DNA from: an uncultured virus (IMG/VR IMGVR_UViG_3300031133_000403)
Lineage: Duplodnaviria; Heunggongvirae; Uroviricota; Caudoviricetes
IMG/VR virus record: IMGVR_UViG_3300031133_000403
Length of the DNA stretch: 64,000 nucleotides
Reading direction: 5' to 3' (one strand)
Shown: positions 1 through 9,392 of the stretch, piece by piece
Numbering within the stretch: position 1 is the first letter of the stretch
Layout: each line of letters starts with the position of its first letter
Made by a program: the position numbers and the translations under genes
The notes under the pieces: model-generated
Told to the model about the DNA's origin: nothing
Seen by the model: only the letters and a program-made list of their open reading frames with translations
Databases searched by the model: none

Positions 1-59
1 TCGGCATCATGGCTTTCTCCATCTCTTTTCCCCTCTGTCCGAGGGATCGGACCACCGTC

Positions 60-659
60 TCATCGGATCTCCACGAGTTCTCCGGGATCCACCACGAGCA
101 TGACGTGCCCCGTCATGTCCCGCACCTGCCTGATGACGGGGTCGTCCGGGAGCCCGTGCCCGATCACGGCCGACAATCGCTTGCCGACGAGAGTCGCCTT
201 GACGCTCTCGGGCAGATCGTGGACCTTGGCGTCCAGCACGTAGTGGAGGTACAGAGGCTCGGTCGCGTCGTATCGGATTCCCGACGCCATCGGCGTGACG
301 CCCGTGAGACGTGGAGCCCGATCGTCCTTCAGGGTCGTGCGCTCGGTCCACCTGTCGCCGTGCACCAGGTCCACGCCGAATCCCAGGCCCAGCTGCGACG
401 CGTGGACGAGACGACGGACGTCCGCGCCGTGCATCCGCAGGATGGCGAGGTGGTTGCGCTCCATCGCGAGCTTCCGGTTGGGCGGACCTTGGCCATCGAC
501 GCCTCGCACATAGGCCTCGATGGTCGCCGCCGTGGAATGGAGCGGCTCCATGCCGAGCGTGCCCGCGACCAGCTGGTTCGTCTCCTGCGTGAACGCGTCC
601 GAACGCGCGCCGGTCAGCTTGGCGTTCCAGCGGCGCAGCGTCACGAGGCTCTCCCGCAT
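60..659 (-). CDS. Hypothetical protein, LPDT-domain paralog family
   Basis: 199-aa ORF; C-terminal HDLPESVKATLVGKRLSAVI matches the recurrent family motif. Confidence 0.7.
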   Translation of the reverse strand: MRESLVTLRRWNAKLTGARSDAFTQETNQLVAGTLGMEPLHSTAATIEAYVRGVDGQGPPNRKLAMERNHLAILRMHGADVRRLVHASQLGLGFGVDLVHGDRWTERTTLKDDRAPRLTGVTPMASGIRYDATEPLYLHYVLDAKVHDLPESVKATLVGKRLSAVIGHGLPDDPVIRQVRDMTGHVMLVVDPGELVEIR

Positions 660-732
660 CCGTCCCGATCCGGGATCGCAATCGTTAATTCGGCGCTTAC
701 CATTCGCCTTTTCCCCATCCTACAATCACGTC

Positions 733-939
733 ATGCGATGGATCGGCCTCTTCAACGTGTGCTACGGTGGGTTGGGCCTGGCGGCCGCCCTCTATCTGGG
801 TCGCCCCGAGGGCGTGGTCCTGTGCGCATGGGTCATGTCCGTCGGCATCGCGATGCGCTTCGCATCGCCGCTCCTGGCGCGATTCAGGTCCGCGCGACGT
901 CGACGTCGCATAGTGTCGAGAGCGCGCGCCGCCTACTGA
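733..939 (+). CDS. Small membrane protein, probably leaderless
   Basis: MRWIGLFNVCYGGLGLAAALYL..., two hydrophobic segments and a basic tail; ATG lies 6 nt after a TACAAT -10-like hexamer (721-726). Confidence 0.5.
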   Translation: MRWIGLFNVCYGGLGLAAALYLGRPEGVVLCAWVMSVGIAMRFASPLLARFRSARRRRRIVSRARAAY

Positions 940-1208
940 GGGGCCGTCGCGCGCAGCCGCTTCGGCATGTGCCCTTCCGGAACGACGACGCCGTGCAGAT
1001 CGCGCATTCCCCGCGTGAACGTCTCCCAGTCCGAGACCGTCGTCATGCCGTGCGTGCAAAGCAGGCACTCGCCCAGACCGGCGATCTGGTCCGTCATGCT
1101 GCGATGGATGTCGATGCCCATCATGCCGAATCGACCGATGCAGCTGCCGTCGACCGCCTCGGCCACCCACACGGTGCGCCCGTCGCTTTCGATGCCCGCG
1201 GTCTTCAT
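933..1208 (-). CDS. Hypothetical protein
   Basis: MKTAGIESDGRTVWV...CLLCTH; ATGA overlap with the upstream gene. Confidence 0.6.
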   Translation of the reverse strand: MKTAGIESDGRTVWVAEAVDGSCIGRFGMMGIDIHRSMTDQIAGLGECLLCTHGMTTVSDWETFTRGMRDLHGVVVPEGHMPKRLRATAPQ

Positions 1209-1402
1209 GCGCGACCACCCGTGTACAGCCGCGCCGCATGTCCCATGCATCGTCGGACGTCCGCCTCGGCGGCGTCGGGATGCGATCTCCAGACGACGTC
1301 GGCGATGTCGCAGGCCCGCGTGTCTTCGTCCGCCGCCCGCAAAGCGCGCACCACCGTCTCGGTCATGGCGAGATCGTCGCCCGGCACGTCACGCGCGTTC
1401 AT
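1205..1402 (-). CDS. Small hypothetical protein
   Basis: MNARDVPGDD..., translationally coupled on both sides. Confidence 0.5.
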   Translation of the reverse strand: MNARDVPGDDLAMTETVVRALRAADEDTRACDIADVVWRSHPDAAEADVRRCMGHAARLYTGGRA

Positions 1403-2211
1403 CCCGCCGATTTCGGCACGGGGCCCGTTCCTTGCGTCCATTGGGCGAGTTCCTCGACTGTGAAGTAGCCATGATTGTTGCGTCGGCCGTCGACGGGATT
1501 GAGCCAGAAGATCACGGGATGCACCGTGTCGGAGCGTCTGTCCTGCGGGGTCCACCGCGGCGACAGCGCCATGTAGGGCCTGATCGACATGTGCGCGACG
1601 CGCATTTCCGCCAGCTTCAGCTCGATGCCGGTCTCCAGCGCGGCGTTCGTCAGGGCCCGTCTGTCGGCCTGCGCCGCGTCGAACGTCGCGATGAGCGGGG
1701 CCGGCACCAGCGACGGCCGCGCGATGACGAGTCCACCTCGCGCGAAGGGGTTCGGGTTCGATCCCATCCAGATGGCGATGTCCCGATCGCGCACGCCTTG
1801 GTGGATCGTCTCGATGTGCCTGGCGGCATCGCCGTAGCCTACGACCGCCAGGGCGTCCGGGCCCCAGGCGCCGATCAGCGAGGTTTCCGCGTCGTACCTG
1901 TGCAGCAGGCCGTCGACATGGCCCGCTCCCTCCTCGTCCATGATCATGGCCATTCCGTCGTCGACGACTTTGCGGCGGCCCTCGCGTCGCTCGCTGCGGT
2001 GCGGACGCAGCCTGAGGCGGTCGCTCGCGTCCCATGCGGCGGTGTGGGCGGCGAAGTCGCCATCGCCGCCCGTCATGCCGAGCGTGGAATGCACGCGTCG
2101 CAGCGGCATTTCGTGATCGGCGGTGTATGATCCGGCGAGCACCAGCCCGTACACGACGCCGCCGTCCTCGAGGAACGCGTTCTCCGCGGTGTTCGATCTC
2201 TTCAAGTCCAT
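1399..2211 (-). CDS. Hypothetical protein
   Basis: MDLKRSNTAEN...; normal globular composition; ends FWLNP...GYFTVEELAQW. Confidence 0.7.
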   Translation of the reverse strand: MDLKRSNTAENAFLEDGGVVYGLVLAGSYTADHEMPLRRVHSTLGMTGGDGDFAAHTAAWDASDRLRLRPHRSERREGRRKVVDDGMAMIMDEEGAGHVDGLLHRYDAETSLIGAWGPDALAVVGYGDAARHIETIHQGVRDRDIAIWMGSNPNPFARGGLVIARPSLVPAPLIATFDAAQADRRALTNAALETGIELKLAEMRVAHMSIRPYMALSPRWTPQDRRSDTVHPVIFWLNPVDGRRNNHGYFTVEELAQWTQGTGPVPKSAG

Positions 2212-2669
2212 CGCTCCGTTCTGGAGATGCGCAACGCTGTTTCCGCGTGATCGCGTCGCACGCGTCTCCAGGCGGCGAGATGCGCGGCGAGGCCCGCCGG
2301 TGAATATGCCGCCTCGTCCAGATGCAGGACCGGGTTCTCGCCGTCGAGCAGGCATCGTTCGATCACGATTTCCGCGCCCAGCCCCTTGCCCCGATGGCGT
2401 TCGTCGAGACTGAGGTCGCACGACAGGTATCCGCCGATCGGCTGGTCGCCATCGTACAGCATGACGCCCGCCGGCACCTGCCGATAGTGCAGCATCGGCG
2501 AAACCACGGAAGGCCAGGATGGTCCTCGTGGAATCAGGTCGTCTGGAGCGGCGATCGCGAATTCGTCAAGCACGCGTCGGAAGTCCTTGGCGAAGATCCG
2601 GTCGACGTCCAGTTCGCCCGTACCCGACAGGAATTCGTCGAGTGTCCTGTCGAAGGGCGCTGGGATCAT
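2202..2669 (-). CDS. GNAT-like acetyltransferase
   Basis: Acetyl-CoA-binding motif LDERHRGKGLG and downstream YSPAG. Confidence 0.55.
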   Translation of the reverse strand: MIPAPFDRTLDEFLSGTGELDVDRIFAKDFRRVLDEFAIAAPDDLIPRGPSWPSVVSPMLHYRQVPAGVMLYDGDQPIGGYLSCDLSLDERHRGKGLGAEIVIERCLLDGENPVLHLDEAAYSPAGLAAHLAAWRRVRRDHAETALRISRTERWT

Positions 2670-2680
2670 GTGCGGGTTCC

Positions 2681-3292
2681 TCAGTGCATGGGCCGATGCG
2701 ATGCGATCTGCTCTATGGTGAGTGACGGGCGCTTTCCCTCCAGCACGATCATCGTGTCGGTGTCGTGCCATGTGTCCACCCTCGATATCCGCAGATCGAA
2801 TCGGTCCAGCACGGAATGCCGCACCAGCTGCGTGAGTGGTCCCGTCTCTATGCTTCCCACGAGGCTTTCGGGAAGCTCCACGTCGATCTGCCCCTTGAAT
2901 CGCCAGTGCACGCCGCTGCCGAGCTTGAGGTGGCTGCGCGACCAGTCGTCCGAGTCCAGGCCCGCGTGCGCGCCAGCTTCGTCCTCCTCGTCCTGGCCGG
3001 GAGTCAGCAGGAGCACGTAGGACGCGTGGATCGCCAGCGCGGCGACGGCGAGGGGGTCTATGCCCTGGGATGCCAGCAGCGCGGCGTCGATCTCCGACAT
3101 TCCCGGCGGCTTCCTCTCGCGCTGGAGTCGGGTGATCAGCCTGTCGCGTATTGAATCGTGTCGCCCCGACAGCGCCTCCCGTATCTGCGTCATGCCTTCG
3201 TCGGGTCCCGTCGAGTAGATCGCGAAGATGTCGTCGGTGCGCGACATGGCGCTGATGGCGTCGTAGCTCGTCGCGTCTATGCGCAGATCCAT
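2681..3292 (-). CDS. Hypothetical protein, LPDT-domain paralog family
   Basis: ELPESLVGSIETGPLTQLVRH motif; upstream IDAALLASQGIDP. Confidence 0.65.
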   Translation of the reverse strand: MDLRIDATSYDAISAMSRTDDIFAIYSTGPDEGMTQIREALSGRHDSIRDRLITRLQRERKPPGMSEIDAALLASQGIDPLAVAALAIHASYVLLLTPGQDEEDEAGAHAGLDSDDWSRSHLKLGSGVHWRFKGQIDVELPESLVGSIETGPLTQLVRHSVLDRFDLRISRVDTWHDTDTMIVLEGKRPSLTIEQIASHRPMH

Positions 3293-4194
3293 CAGGATTC
3301 CCTTTTCCGGTACATGGCGTGAGCCACCACCCGCGCTTCCTCGATCTCCATCTCGGGGAACTTGGCTCCATCGGTGTCCCGCACGTCGAGCCGCACCCAG
3401 TCGCGGCCTCGTGATCCGGGCGTGGACGTGTTGCGTCCGATGCCGACGATGTCCATCTCGTCGAAGCCCGGGATCTCGACGACCTGTCCCAGACGCCGGC
3501 GCTGCTTGCCGAGGATCGCCAGGCGCACCGTTTCCGGCAGGTTGGGTATCTCGATCCCGTCGGAGCGCATCTCGACGCCGTCGTGCGTGAACGCGGTCGT
3601 GATCCGCCCCTCGCTCGTCTTGACGATCCTCACCCCGCGGTAGCGCGTCGTCCCGCCCCTGAAGACCGTGTCCACGATCCGGTCGAGGTCTTCGGGTCCG
3701 TCGGCGGCGAGGGCGAGCGTCATGGCGCCGAGGCTGCTCAGCGTGTGGCCTTCGGAATCGAGCCGCCGGTTGCGCGCTATGCGGCGAAGTTCGCGCGCGA
3801 CGTCCTCGTTCTCGTCGATGCGCATCGTCACGCGGCCGATGCCCGCGGCGGTGAAGGACACCTCCGGTTCCCGGTCCGCCTCGTGCACCACCAGATCGAG
3901 GTCCTCGATGTTGCCGTGGCTTTCCAGAGCCGCGAGATGCGCGTCCACCGTGGCTGCCGAGACCGCGCCGTAGTGTCCCAGGTCGATGTTCTGGAGGGCG
4001 CCCATCACGGTCGGCTCGTCGAAGCCGATGTAGACGTCGAAGGGAGGACCCTCGCGCTGGCCCTTCACGTGCAGCATGATCTTGTCCGCCGTCCGGGGAC
4101 CCGAGTCCAGCACCGCTATGGAGCAGCCCTCGACCCACGGCAGCGCTCTGGTGGCCGCGTCGGTCTCGTCCGTCTGGATGCGTCTGATCTGCAT
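3292..4194 (-). CDS. Hypothetical protein, LPDT-domain paralog family
   Basis: NLPETVRLAILGKQRRRLGQVVEIPGF motif. Confidence 0.7.
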   Translation of the reverse strand: MQIRRIQTDETDAATRALPWVEGCSIAVLDSGPRTADKIMLHVKGQREGPPFDVYIGFDEPTVMGALQNIDLGHYGAVSAATVDAHLAALESHGNIEDLDLVVHEADREPEVSFTAAGIGRVTMRIDENEDVARELRRIARNRRLDSEGHTLSSLGAMTLALAADGPEDLDRIVDTVFRGGTTRYRGVRIVKTSEGRITTAFTHDGVEMRSDGIEIPNLPETVRLAILGKQRRRLGQVVEIPGFDEMDIVGIGRNTSTPGSRGRDWVRLDVRDTDGAKFPEMEIEEARVVAHAMYRKRES

Positions 4195-4226
4195 GTGCGT
4201 CTTGTCCGGTTCGTGGTGGTGATGGG

Positions 4227-4589
4227 TCAGACGAGTGTCCAGGAGATCTTCGTCGACACCTCGGCGATCATGCGCAGCCGTTCGGCGGCGTCGGCGATCG
4301 CGGGGTCCGCGTGGTCGCACAGCGTGGACCACAGACGGTCGATGCGCTGCACCACCATCGCCGCGTTGGTCGAATGGGGCCGGAACGCGCGCGTCTTGGG
4401 TTCGAACGCGAGTTGCTGCATCTGGAGCACCGACAGCAGCTCTCGGAAGAGATCGCCGCCGAGTTCCAGTCGCTGCCCCGTCGCGTCCCCGGTCGTCACC
4501 ACGTTCAGCGCGGAGACGTATGCGTCCCCGGCGAGGCTCGCCGCGTGTCGCATCGTGTCGTCGCTGGTCTGGGTCATCGTGGCCTGCAT
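4227..4589 (-). CDS. Hypothetical protein
   Basis: 120-aa ORF with GGAG RBS. Confidence 0.55.
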   Translation of the reverse strand: MQATMTQTSDDTMRHAASLAGDAYVSALNVVTTGDATGQRLELGGDLFRELLSVLQMQQLAFEPKTRAFRPHSTNAAMVVQRIDRLWSTLCDHADPAIADAAERLRMIAEVSTKISWTLV

Positions 4590-4837
4590 GTCGTCGTCTC
4601 CCTGTTCTGGTTCGAATTCCGATGTCGTTCAAGTATGCGTTTCATGCGCTGCTACGGCGTCCTCATGGGAAACGTTCGTCTTCGTTCGACACCGCGTTTA
4701 CCTTCGCATGAAGTGGTGAATCAGTTGATCGAATGATTAACAAGTGCAAATCGTCTATAGGGGTCTGGTAATTCGGATTGATCGCGTATATCTCCAGTTA
4801 CGCGCCGAAGCAGGGCGTCACACCGAAGGAAGAAAAC

Positions 4838-5374
4838 ATGTCGAATGAAAACCCCACGCTGAACTCGGTCGAATTGGCGACGGAACTCACGATGGCGTGG
4901 TTGTCGAACCCCAACACCCGCGCAGACGCCGACGAGGCGACGTCCTTCCTGCTTCGGATGAAGGGCGAGATCGAGAAGATCGACGCGCCCGCCGATGTCG
5001 CTTCGACCGACCAGTCTTCGGCCGAGAAGCCGGTGGGCGCCGTTTCGTCGAGGAAGTCGCTTGCGTCGAACGACCACATCCTGTCGATGATCGACGGCAA
5101 GCCCTACAAGACGCTTCGTCGCCACATCGCCACCCACGGCATGACGCCGCAGCAGTACCGCGAGCGCTTCGGTCTGCGGCACGACTATCCCATGGTCGCC
5201 AGCACCTATTCGGAAGCGCGGCGCGAGATGGCCAAGAAGATCGGTCTCGGCACGAAGCGCGGTCAGCAGGGTTCGGCACCCTCGGTCGCGGCCGCTGCGG
5301 CTCCCGCCACCGAGGCCGCTCCGGCTCCCGCACCCCGTCGTCGCGGGCGTCCGCCGGTCAACAAGGCCCAGTGA
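4838..5374 (+). CDS. mucR: MucR/Ros family transcriptional regulator with C-terminal AT-hook-like tail
   Basis: RKSL...DHILSMIDGKPYKTLRRHI..HGMTPQQYRERFGL..DYPMVA..YS..R..MAKKIGLG is the MucR signature; RBS GAAGGAAG; AT-rich upstream region ~4720-4800; tail PRRRGRPP. Confidence 0.92.
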   Translation: MSNENPTLNSVELATELTMAWLSNPNTRADADEATSFLLRMKGEIEKIDAPADVASTDQSSAEKPVGAVSSRKSLASNDHILSMIDGKPYKTLRRHIATHGMTPQQYRERFGLRHDYPMVASTYSEARREMAKKIGLGTKRGQQGSAPSVAAAAAPATEAAPAPAPRRRGRPPVNKAQ

Positions 5375-5415
5375 TCGCGGGCGTCCGCCGGTCAACAAGG
5401 CCCAGTGATCGCGGG
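5341..5415. repeat. 34-bp tandem direct duplication spanning the mucR stop codon
   Basis: TCGCGGGCGTCCGCCGGTCAACAAGGCCCAGTGA at 5341-5374 and 5375-5408, then a partial TCGCGGG. Confidence 0.95.
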
Positions 5416-5482
5416 GGGCTAATTTTCCGGATGGCGCGGGAACCACTTCGGCGTCCGTCCGTTATGAATGATGCCCCCCCGC

Positions 5483-5584
5483 AAGGGCCGGTCCACCCCC
5501 CTAGCTCTCCCGCGCTACGGACCGGCCCTTTTTCAATGCCGCGATGAGAGATGCCGCCGTCATTCGTGACGCGCGGCATTTTTC
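5483..5584. terminator. Two adjacent hairpins between convergent genes (likely intrinsic terminators)
   Basis: AAGGGCCGGTCC...GGACCGGCCCTT+TTT and AATGCCGCG...CGCGGCATT+TTT. Confidence 0.6.
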
Positions 5585-5598
5585 ATGTCCGGACTTGT

Positions 5599-6156
5599 TC
5601 AGGGCAGCAGTCTCCACGGCAGTTCCACGCGTTCGTGGCATGCGGTCAGGCCGATGACGGTTCTCACCGGCGTATCGGCCTCCGGGTCCTCGACCCGCTC
5701 GCACGTGGTGACGACCGCCCCCGTCAAGGCGGCATGCGTCAGGACCATGCCGACGTCCCTGCCCGGCAGCACCGCCATCATGGTCGCAGGCATGGCGGTC
5801 GGCATCATGACCATCGCGTCGTCGTTCCTCGATGCGGGATGCCGATGCTCGTCGCCCTTCATCTGGTACGTCACGCCCCCGCCGATGTTCACTCTGTCGA
5901 AGATCGTGTGCGCTCTTCCGTCCGATCTGACCACCAGGGTCAGCTTGGAGAACCACGCCCCCGAAGGCGAGGCTCCGACCGTCTGGCGCCATGTGGCGAA
6001 CGCGACGTCCTCGCCGGGTACGACCCCGTCCTCCACCAGACGCAGCTGATGCAGCCATTCCTCGGGGTGCCAACCGGCCTGGCGCAGACGCCATGCGGCC
6101 ACCGTGTCGAAATCGATCGCGTCGAACATTCCGGGGGCCTCCCGTCCGGTCGACAT
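5599..6156 (-). CDS. Hypothetical protein, LPDT-domain paralog family
   Basis: AMPATMMAVLPGRDVGMVLTH motif. Confidence 0.65.
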   Translation of the reverse strand: MSTGREAPGMFDAIDFDTVAAWRLRQAGWHPEEWLHQLRLVEDGVVPGEDVAFATWRQTVGASPSGAWFSKLTLVVRSDGRAHTIFDRVNIGGGVTYQMKGDEHRHPASRNDDAMVMMPTAMPATMMAVLPGRDVGMVLTHAALTGAVVTTCERVEDPEADTPVRTVIGLTACHERVELPWRLLP

Positions 6157-6795
6157 CTAGTGCAGCACGGTCTCGAGTCGCCACGCGTCGCCGTCGCGCA
6201 CGATGACCGAACCCGGGGGCGCCATGAGCATGTGGGCGTAACCGTCCTCGCGGCGCAGCGGCACCACCAGCGCGTACGTCTCGACCTTCATGCCGGCCTC
6301 GAACCCCGCCGCCTCGACCCGCCATCCCGACCAGCCGAAGTTGTCCTTGCCGTGGAAGTCCGCCGGCTCCGGTTCGTCGCGCACCAGACGCGAGATGGGC
6401 ATGCCGTCGTCGATCCGCGCGTCCATGTGGCAGCGCTCGAACAGATGGTCGTTGGTGTCCGTCTCCGGGGGATCGTCGGCGCGCGTCGTGTGGATGTCGA
6501 TCACGTGGTGCCGCATCAGTTCGACCTCGTCGCCGTGCGACAGCGGGAACTCGCCGAACGGCTGGTTCGCGAGCGTGCCGTGCAGCACGTCCCCGTCGAT
6601 CGACGACACCTCCACCCACATGCGCTCCACCTCCTCGGTGCCCTCGAGCACGAAGAGCGCCTTGACGTAGTCGGCTCCGGCGATGGCGGCCAACCGTTCG
6701 GCGCACGGCAGGTGGAAGCTGTGCGGATTTTCGGCCTTGATCGGTCGTGGGTCACGGATCGTGTATCCCGTCCGCTTCGCGTCCTGGCTGGTCAT
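6157..6795 (-). CDS. DUF2314/DUF2185 (Imm33-like) protein
   Basis: ERMWVEV...GTLANQP and C-terminal EP...SGWRV resemble these families (recognised by eye). Confidence 0.55.
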   Translation of the reverse strand: MTSQDAKRTGYTIRDPRPIKAENPHSFHLPCAERLAAIAGADYVKALFVLEGTEEVERMWVEVSSIDGDVLHGTLANQPFGEFPLSHGDEVELMRHHVIDIHTTRADDPPETDTNDHLFERCHMDARIDDGMPISRLVRDEPEPADFHGKDNFGWSGWRVEAAGFEAGMKVETYALVVPLRREDGYAHMLMAPPGSVIVRDGDAWRLETVLH

Positions 6796-6816
6796 GAACT
6801 TCGTCCTTGCTGGTGG

Positions 6817-7338
6817 TTAGAGGGCTTGGCCGACTCTTGCGGCCATCGTCGAAAGCGTGTCGTGGACCGTCGCCACGGCGAGGCATGCCGCGATGACGAT
6901 AGCGGTGACGAGAACGCCGTACTGCATGACCGCCGACTGTTCGCGGCTCCTGTCCGCTCGTCCCGCCGCGTCCGCGCCTGGCCGCCTTGCCGCCGAACGC
7001 CGTTCGTCCGCAAGGGTGCGGGGCTGGTATGGCGAGCCGGTGGCGTGGGTTATGGTGTCCACGTCCACCTTGTCCTGCGCCCGTATCCCGATCCTCCGGC
7101 CCCGTCGCCAGATCACCCGTCCGACGATCGCGAGACCGCTTCCCTTGCGTATCTCCACGTAGCTGCGCGGTTCGACGTCCGCCGACGCCGACAGCATCAG
7201 GCCCCGGTCCGACACGTTCAGGATCGTGACGTCCGACCAGGCGGAATCGACCTTCATCCGCGCCGCGACCGCCACCTTGCGTCTGGGATCGCGCTTGCGT
7301 CCGCCGACCGGCACCGTTTCGATCGTTGTCGTCATCAT
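6817..7338 (-). CDS. PilZ-domain protein with C-terminal TM helix
   Basis: RDPRR (RxxxR) and NVSDRG (D/NxSxxG) c-di-GMP motifs; hydrophobic GVLVTAIVIAACLAV. Confidence 0.8.
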   Translation of the reverse strand: MMTTTIETVPVGGRKRDPRRKVAVAARMKVDSAWSDVTILNVSDRGLMLSASADVEPRSYVEIRKGSGLAIVGRVIWRRGRRIGIRAQDKVDVDTITHATGSPYQPRTLADERRSAARRPGADAAGRADRSREQSAVMQYGVLVTAIVIAACLAVATVHDTLSTMAARVGQAL

Positions 7339-7440
7339 AGCCCCCTCTGGATGCGCGTGTCCTCGCGTCCTTCGACCACGGGTCGTCTTTTCACCGACCT
7401 TCGGGTCCTCCCCGCCTCTCACGCCGTTCTTCCATCGGAC

Positions 7441-7944
7441 CTACGGGTCGATGACGCCGGCCCAGCCGCCGCCTGCAGCCGCGGCGGCGTCGACGAATTC
7501 GATCCTGTCCCCGCTGAACGGCGCCGCTTCGGGATGCGCCGCCGTCAGTGCGCCGAGCGCCTGCTCACGCGTGTCGCCGATGCCGAATGCGGCCGCGGAT
7601 TCTCCGGTCCAGCACATCGCCAGCACGAGTCCCGTCGTCTTCGGCGTATCCACCGACGGCGCCGCGTCCGGCATGAGTTGCGCCGCGACGATCGCGTCGA
7701 CGAGCTGTCCGATCGTCTTGGCTCCGTCGCGCACCGCCTCCGTGACCGTGACGCCGATGCCCTCCTCGCAGCTTTCGACCACGGCGAGCACGTCGCGGGG
7801 CGACCATCCGGTGCCCGGCACGTCCACCACGTCCTGGAGCTGGCTCCGTTCGTCCAGCATGCCCGCCGTCTCCGTCCCGAGTTCGGCGGCGTATCCTTCG
7901 CAGACGGCCATCACCGTTTCCAGCGTCTCCGCACGGTCCGTCAT
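7441..7944 (-). CDS. Protein with N-terminal acyl-carrier-protein-like domain
   Basis: SPRDVLAVVESCEEGIGVTVTEAVRDGAKTIGQLVDAI aligns by eye with ACP helices II-IV. Confidence 0.5.
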   Translation of the reverse strand: MTDRAETLETVMAVCEGYAAELGTETAGMLDERSQLQDVVDVPGTGWSPRDVLAVVESCEEGIGVTVTEAVRDGAKTIGQLVDAIVAAQLMPDAAPSVDTPKTTGLVLAMCWTGESAAAFGIGDTREQALGALTAAHPEAAPFSGDRIEFVDAAAAAGGGWAGVIDP

Positions 7945-7994
7945 TTCGTATTCCCTTCCATTCATTCGTGATTCGATGATTGGCGCGCCCGACG

Positions 7995-8921
7995 TCACGC
8001 CGCCCGCAGCACGCGTCCCATGCGTTCGACGTACTCGTTCCACAGGTGCATGGGGCGAGGCGCGAAGCAGTCGACGTGCACGATCGCCTTCGCGTGCAGA
8101 TCGCGGCCGCGCGGCGTCACCGCGTAGTCCTCCCGCCTCGTGCCCGGAATCGTCGGCAAGGCGGCGATCATGCCGAACCGCAGCAGGATGTTGCGCGCGT
8201 CCGACGAGGCCGACGCGCTCACCGTCCCGCATGCGCTCTCGATGTGCGTATGGCCGCCCTGGAAGTAGAGCCTGTGGTTCATGGCGCCGTCGAGCGCCAT
8301 GAGTACCATGACGCTCATGCCGTGGCTGGCGGCGTCGGTGTGGCGGCCGAACCTCCCCATCGTGCATATGTCGACGGGACACGGGTTCCATGTCATCAGA
8401 CGCTCGCCGTGCGGGTTGACGTAGGCTTCGACGTCGACCGTGCGCTGGTAGACGTCCATCGCGACGTCGCCTTCGAATTCCGGGTCGGCCGGCCTGTGCT
8501 CGCGGGTCCAGACCTCCGTCGGATAGTCCGGGCGATCCTCGCCCGCGGCGTGGTGGCGTCTATCCTTGACCGGCACGACGACGATGTCGCCGTCGCGGTG
8601 GAACGATTCGTCCAGGCGCATGGCGACCATTGCGTTCTCCGCGGACGCGAAGCGCCATTCCAGTCGCCCGAGCTCCGTCGCGACGAGGCGCCGGCGACCC
8701 CGCGCCGGGTCGGCCTCGAGATCCCCTTCGGCGTCCATGAGGAACCCTTCGTCGACCAGCGCCTGGAGCCGCGCAGGATCGAATTCGAGGCGCGTCCGCG
8801 TTCCGCGGCTGTAGCCGACGCGTTCCCTGCCGTACTTGTTGAGATGCGTGTGCGTGGTGGTCCGCAGGACCGTCTGCTCGGCCACGCGCATCGCGATCAG
8901 GTCGTCGATCGTCGGGATCAT
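7995..8921 (-). CDS. Hypothetical protein
   Basis: MIPTIDDLIAMRV... 308-aa ORF coupled to upstream gene. Confidence 0.65.
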   Translation of the reverse strand: MIPTIDDLIAMRVAEQTVLRTTTHTHLNKYGRERVGYSRGTRTRLEFDPARLQALVDEGFLMDAEGDLEADPARGRRRLVATELGRLEWRFASAENAMVAMRLDESFHRDGDIVVVPVKDRRHHAAGEDRPDYPTEVWTREHRPADPEFEGDVAMDVYQRTVDVEAYVNPHGERLMTWNPCPVDICTMGRFGRHTDAASHGMSVMVLMALDGAMNHRLYFQGGHTHIESACGTVSASASSDARNILLRFGMIAALPTIPGTRREDYAVTPRGRDLHAKAIVHVDCFAPRPMHLWNEYVERMGRVLRAA

Positions 8922-9349
8922 GCCGCATGTCCTTGTCCAAGTGGTTGCACGCCGATGCAGGTGTCCGTTCCCGTGGCGTGCGACGTCACGCTGCTCCACG
9001 TCATCTCCATGGCGTCGGCACCCGGTATCTCGACGAGATCCGAAAGGCGTCGCCCCCTCGACCATATGAGCATGGACTCCGACACGGCGGTGCCTTCGAG
9101 ACGCATGCAGGCGCCGGCCGCGTCGATGTCGTACGTGACGGTCCGTCCGGGTGCGGGCGAGTACCAGCGTATCGATCCGCAGCTGGTCGAGTCGAGGATG
9201 ATCGACGGCATGCCGTCCTTCTCCGAGCGTACGCATTCCATGGTGGACATCTCCTCGGGCTCCCACGGGAGCGCCTCCATGTCCAGACCATGCTGGGCGA
9301 TGGCGGCGGCCACGACGGGATCGCAGGAGAATCTGTCTTCGGGTCGCAT
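8918..9349 (-). CDS. Hypothetical protein, LPDT-domain paralog family
   Basis: DPVVAAAIAQHG...AVSESMLIWSRGRRLSDLVEIPGAD. Confidence 0.7.
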   Translation of the reverse strand: MRPEDRFSCDPVVAAAIAQHGLDMEALPWEPEEMSTMECVRSEKDGMPSIILDSTSCGSIRWYSPAPGRTVTYDIDAAGACMRLEGTAVSESMLIWSRGRRLSDLVEIPGADAMEMTWSSVTSHATGTDTCIGVQPLGQGHAA

Positions 9350-9392
9350 GGCGTTTTCTCCTCGACGTTCCACTTCGTCTCGCCGCTACGCG

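Noticed and set aside
5341..5415. Possible CRISPR repeat
   Set aside because: Two abutting copies with no spacer, and no cas genes.
5551..7971. 806-aa + strand ORF, and similar long ORFs at 19039..21471, 27944..30178 and 56895..59057
   Set aside because: They are antisense shadows of well-supported minus-strand genes. They are Arg/His/Val-rich with no motifs, as expected in high-GC DNA.
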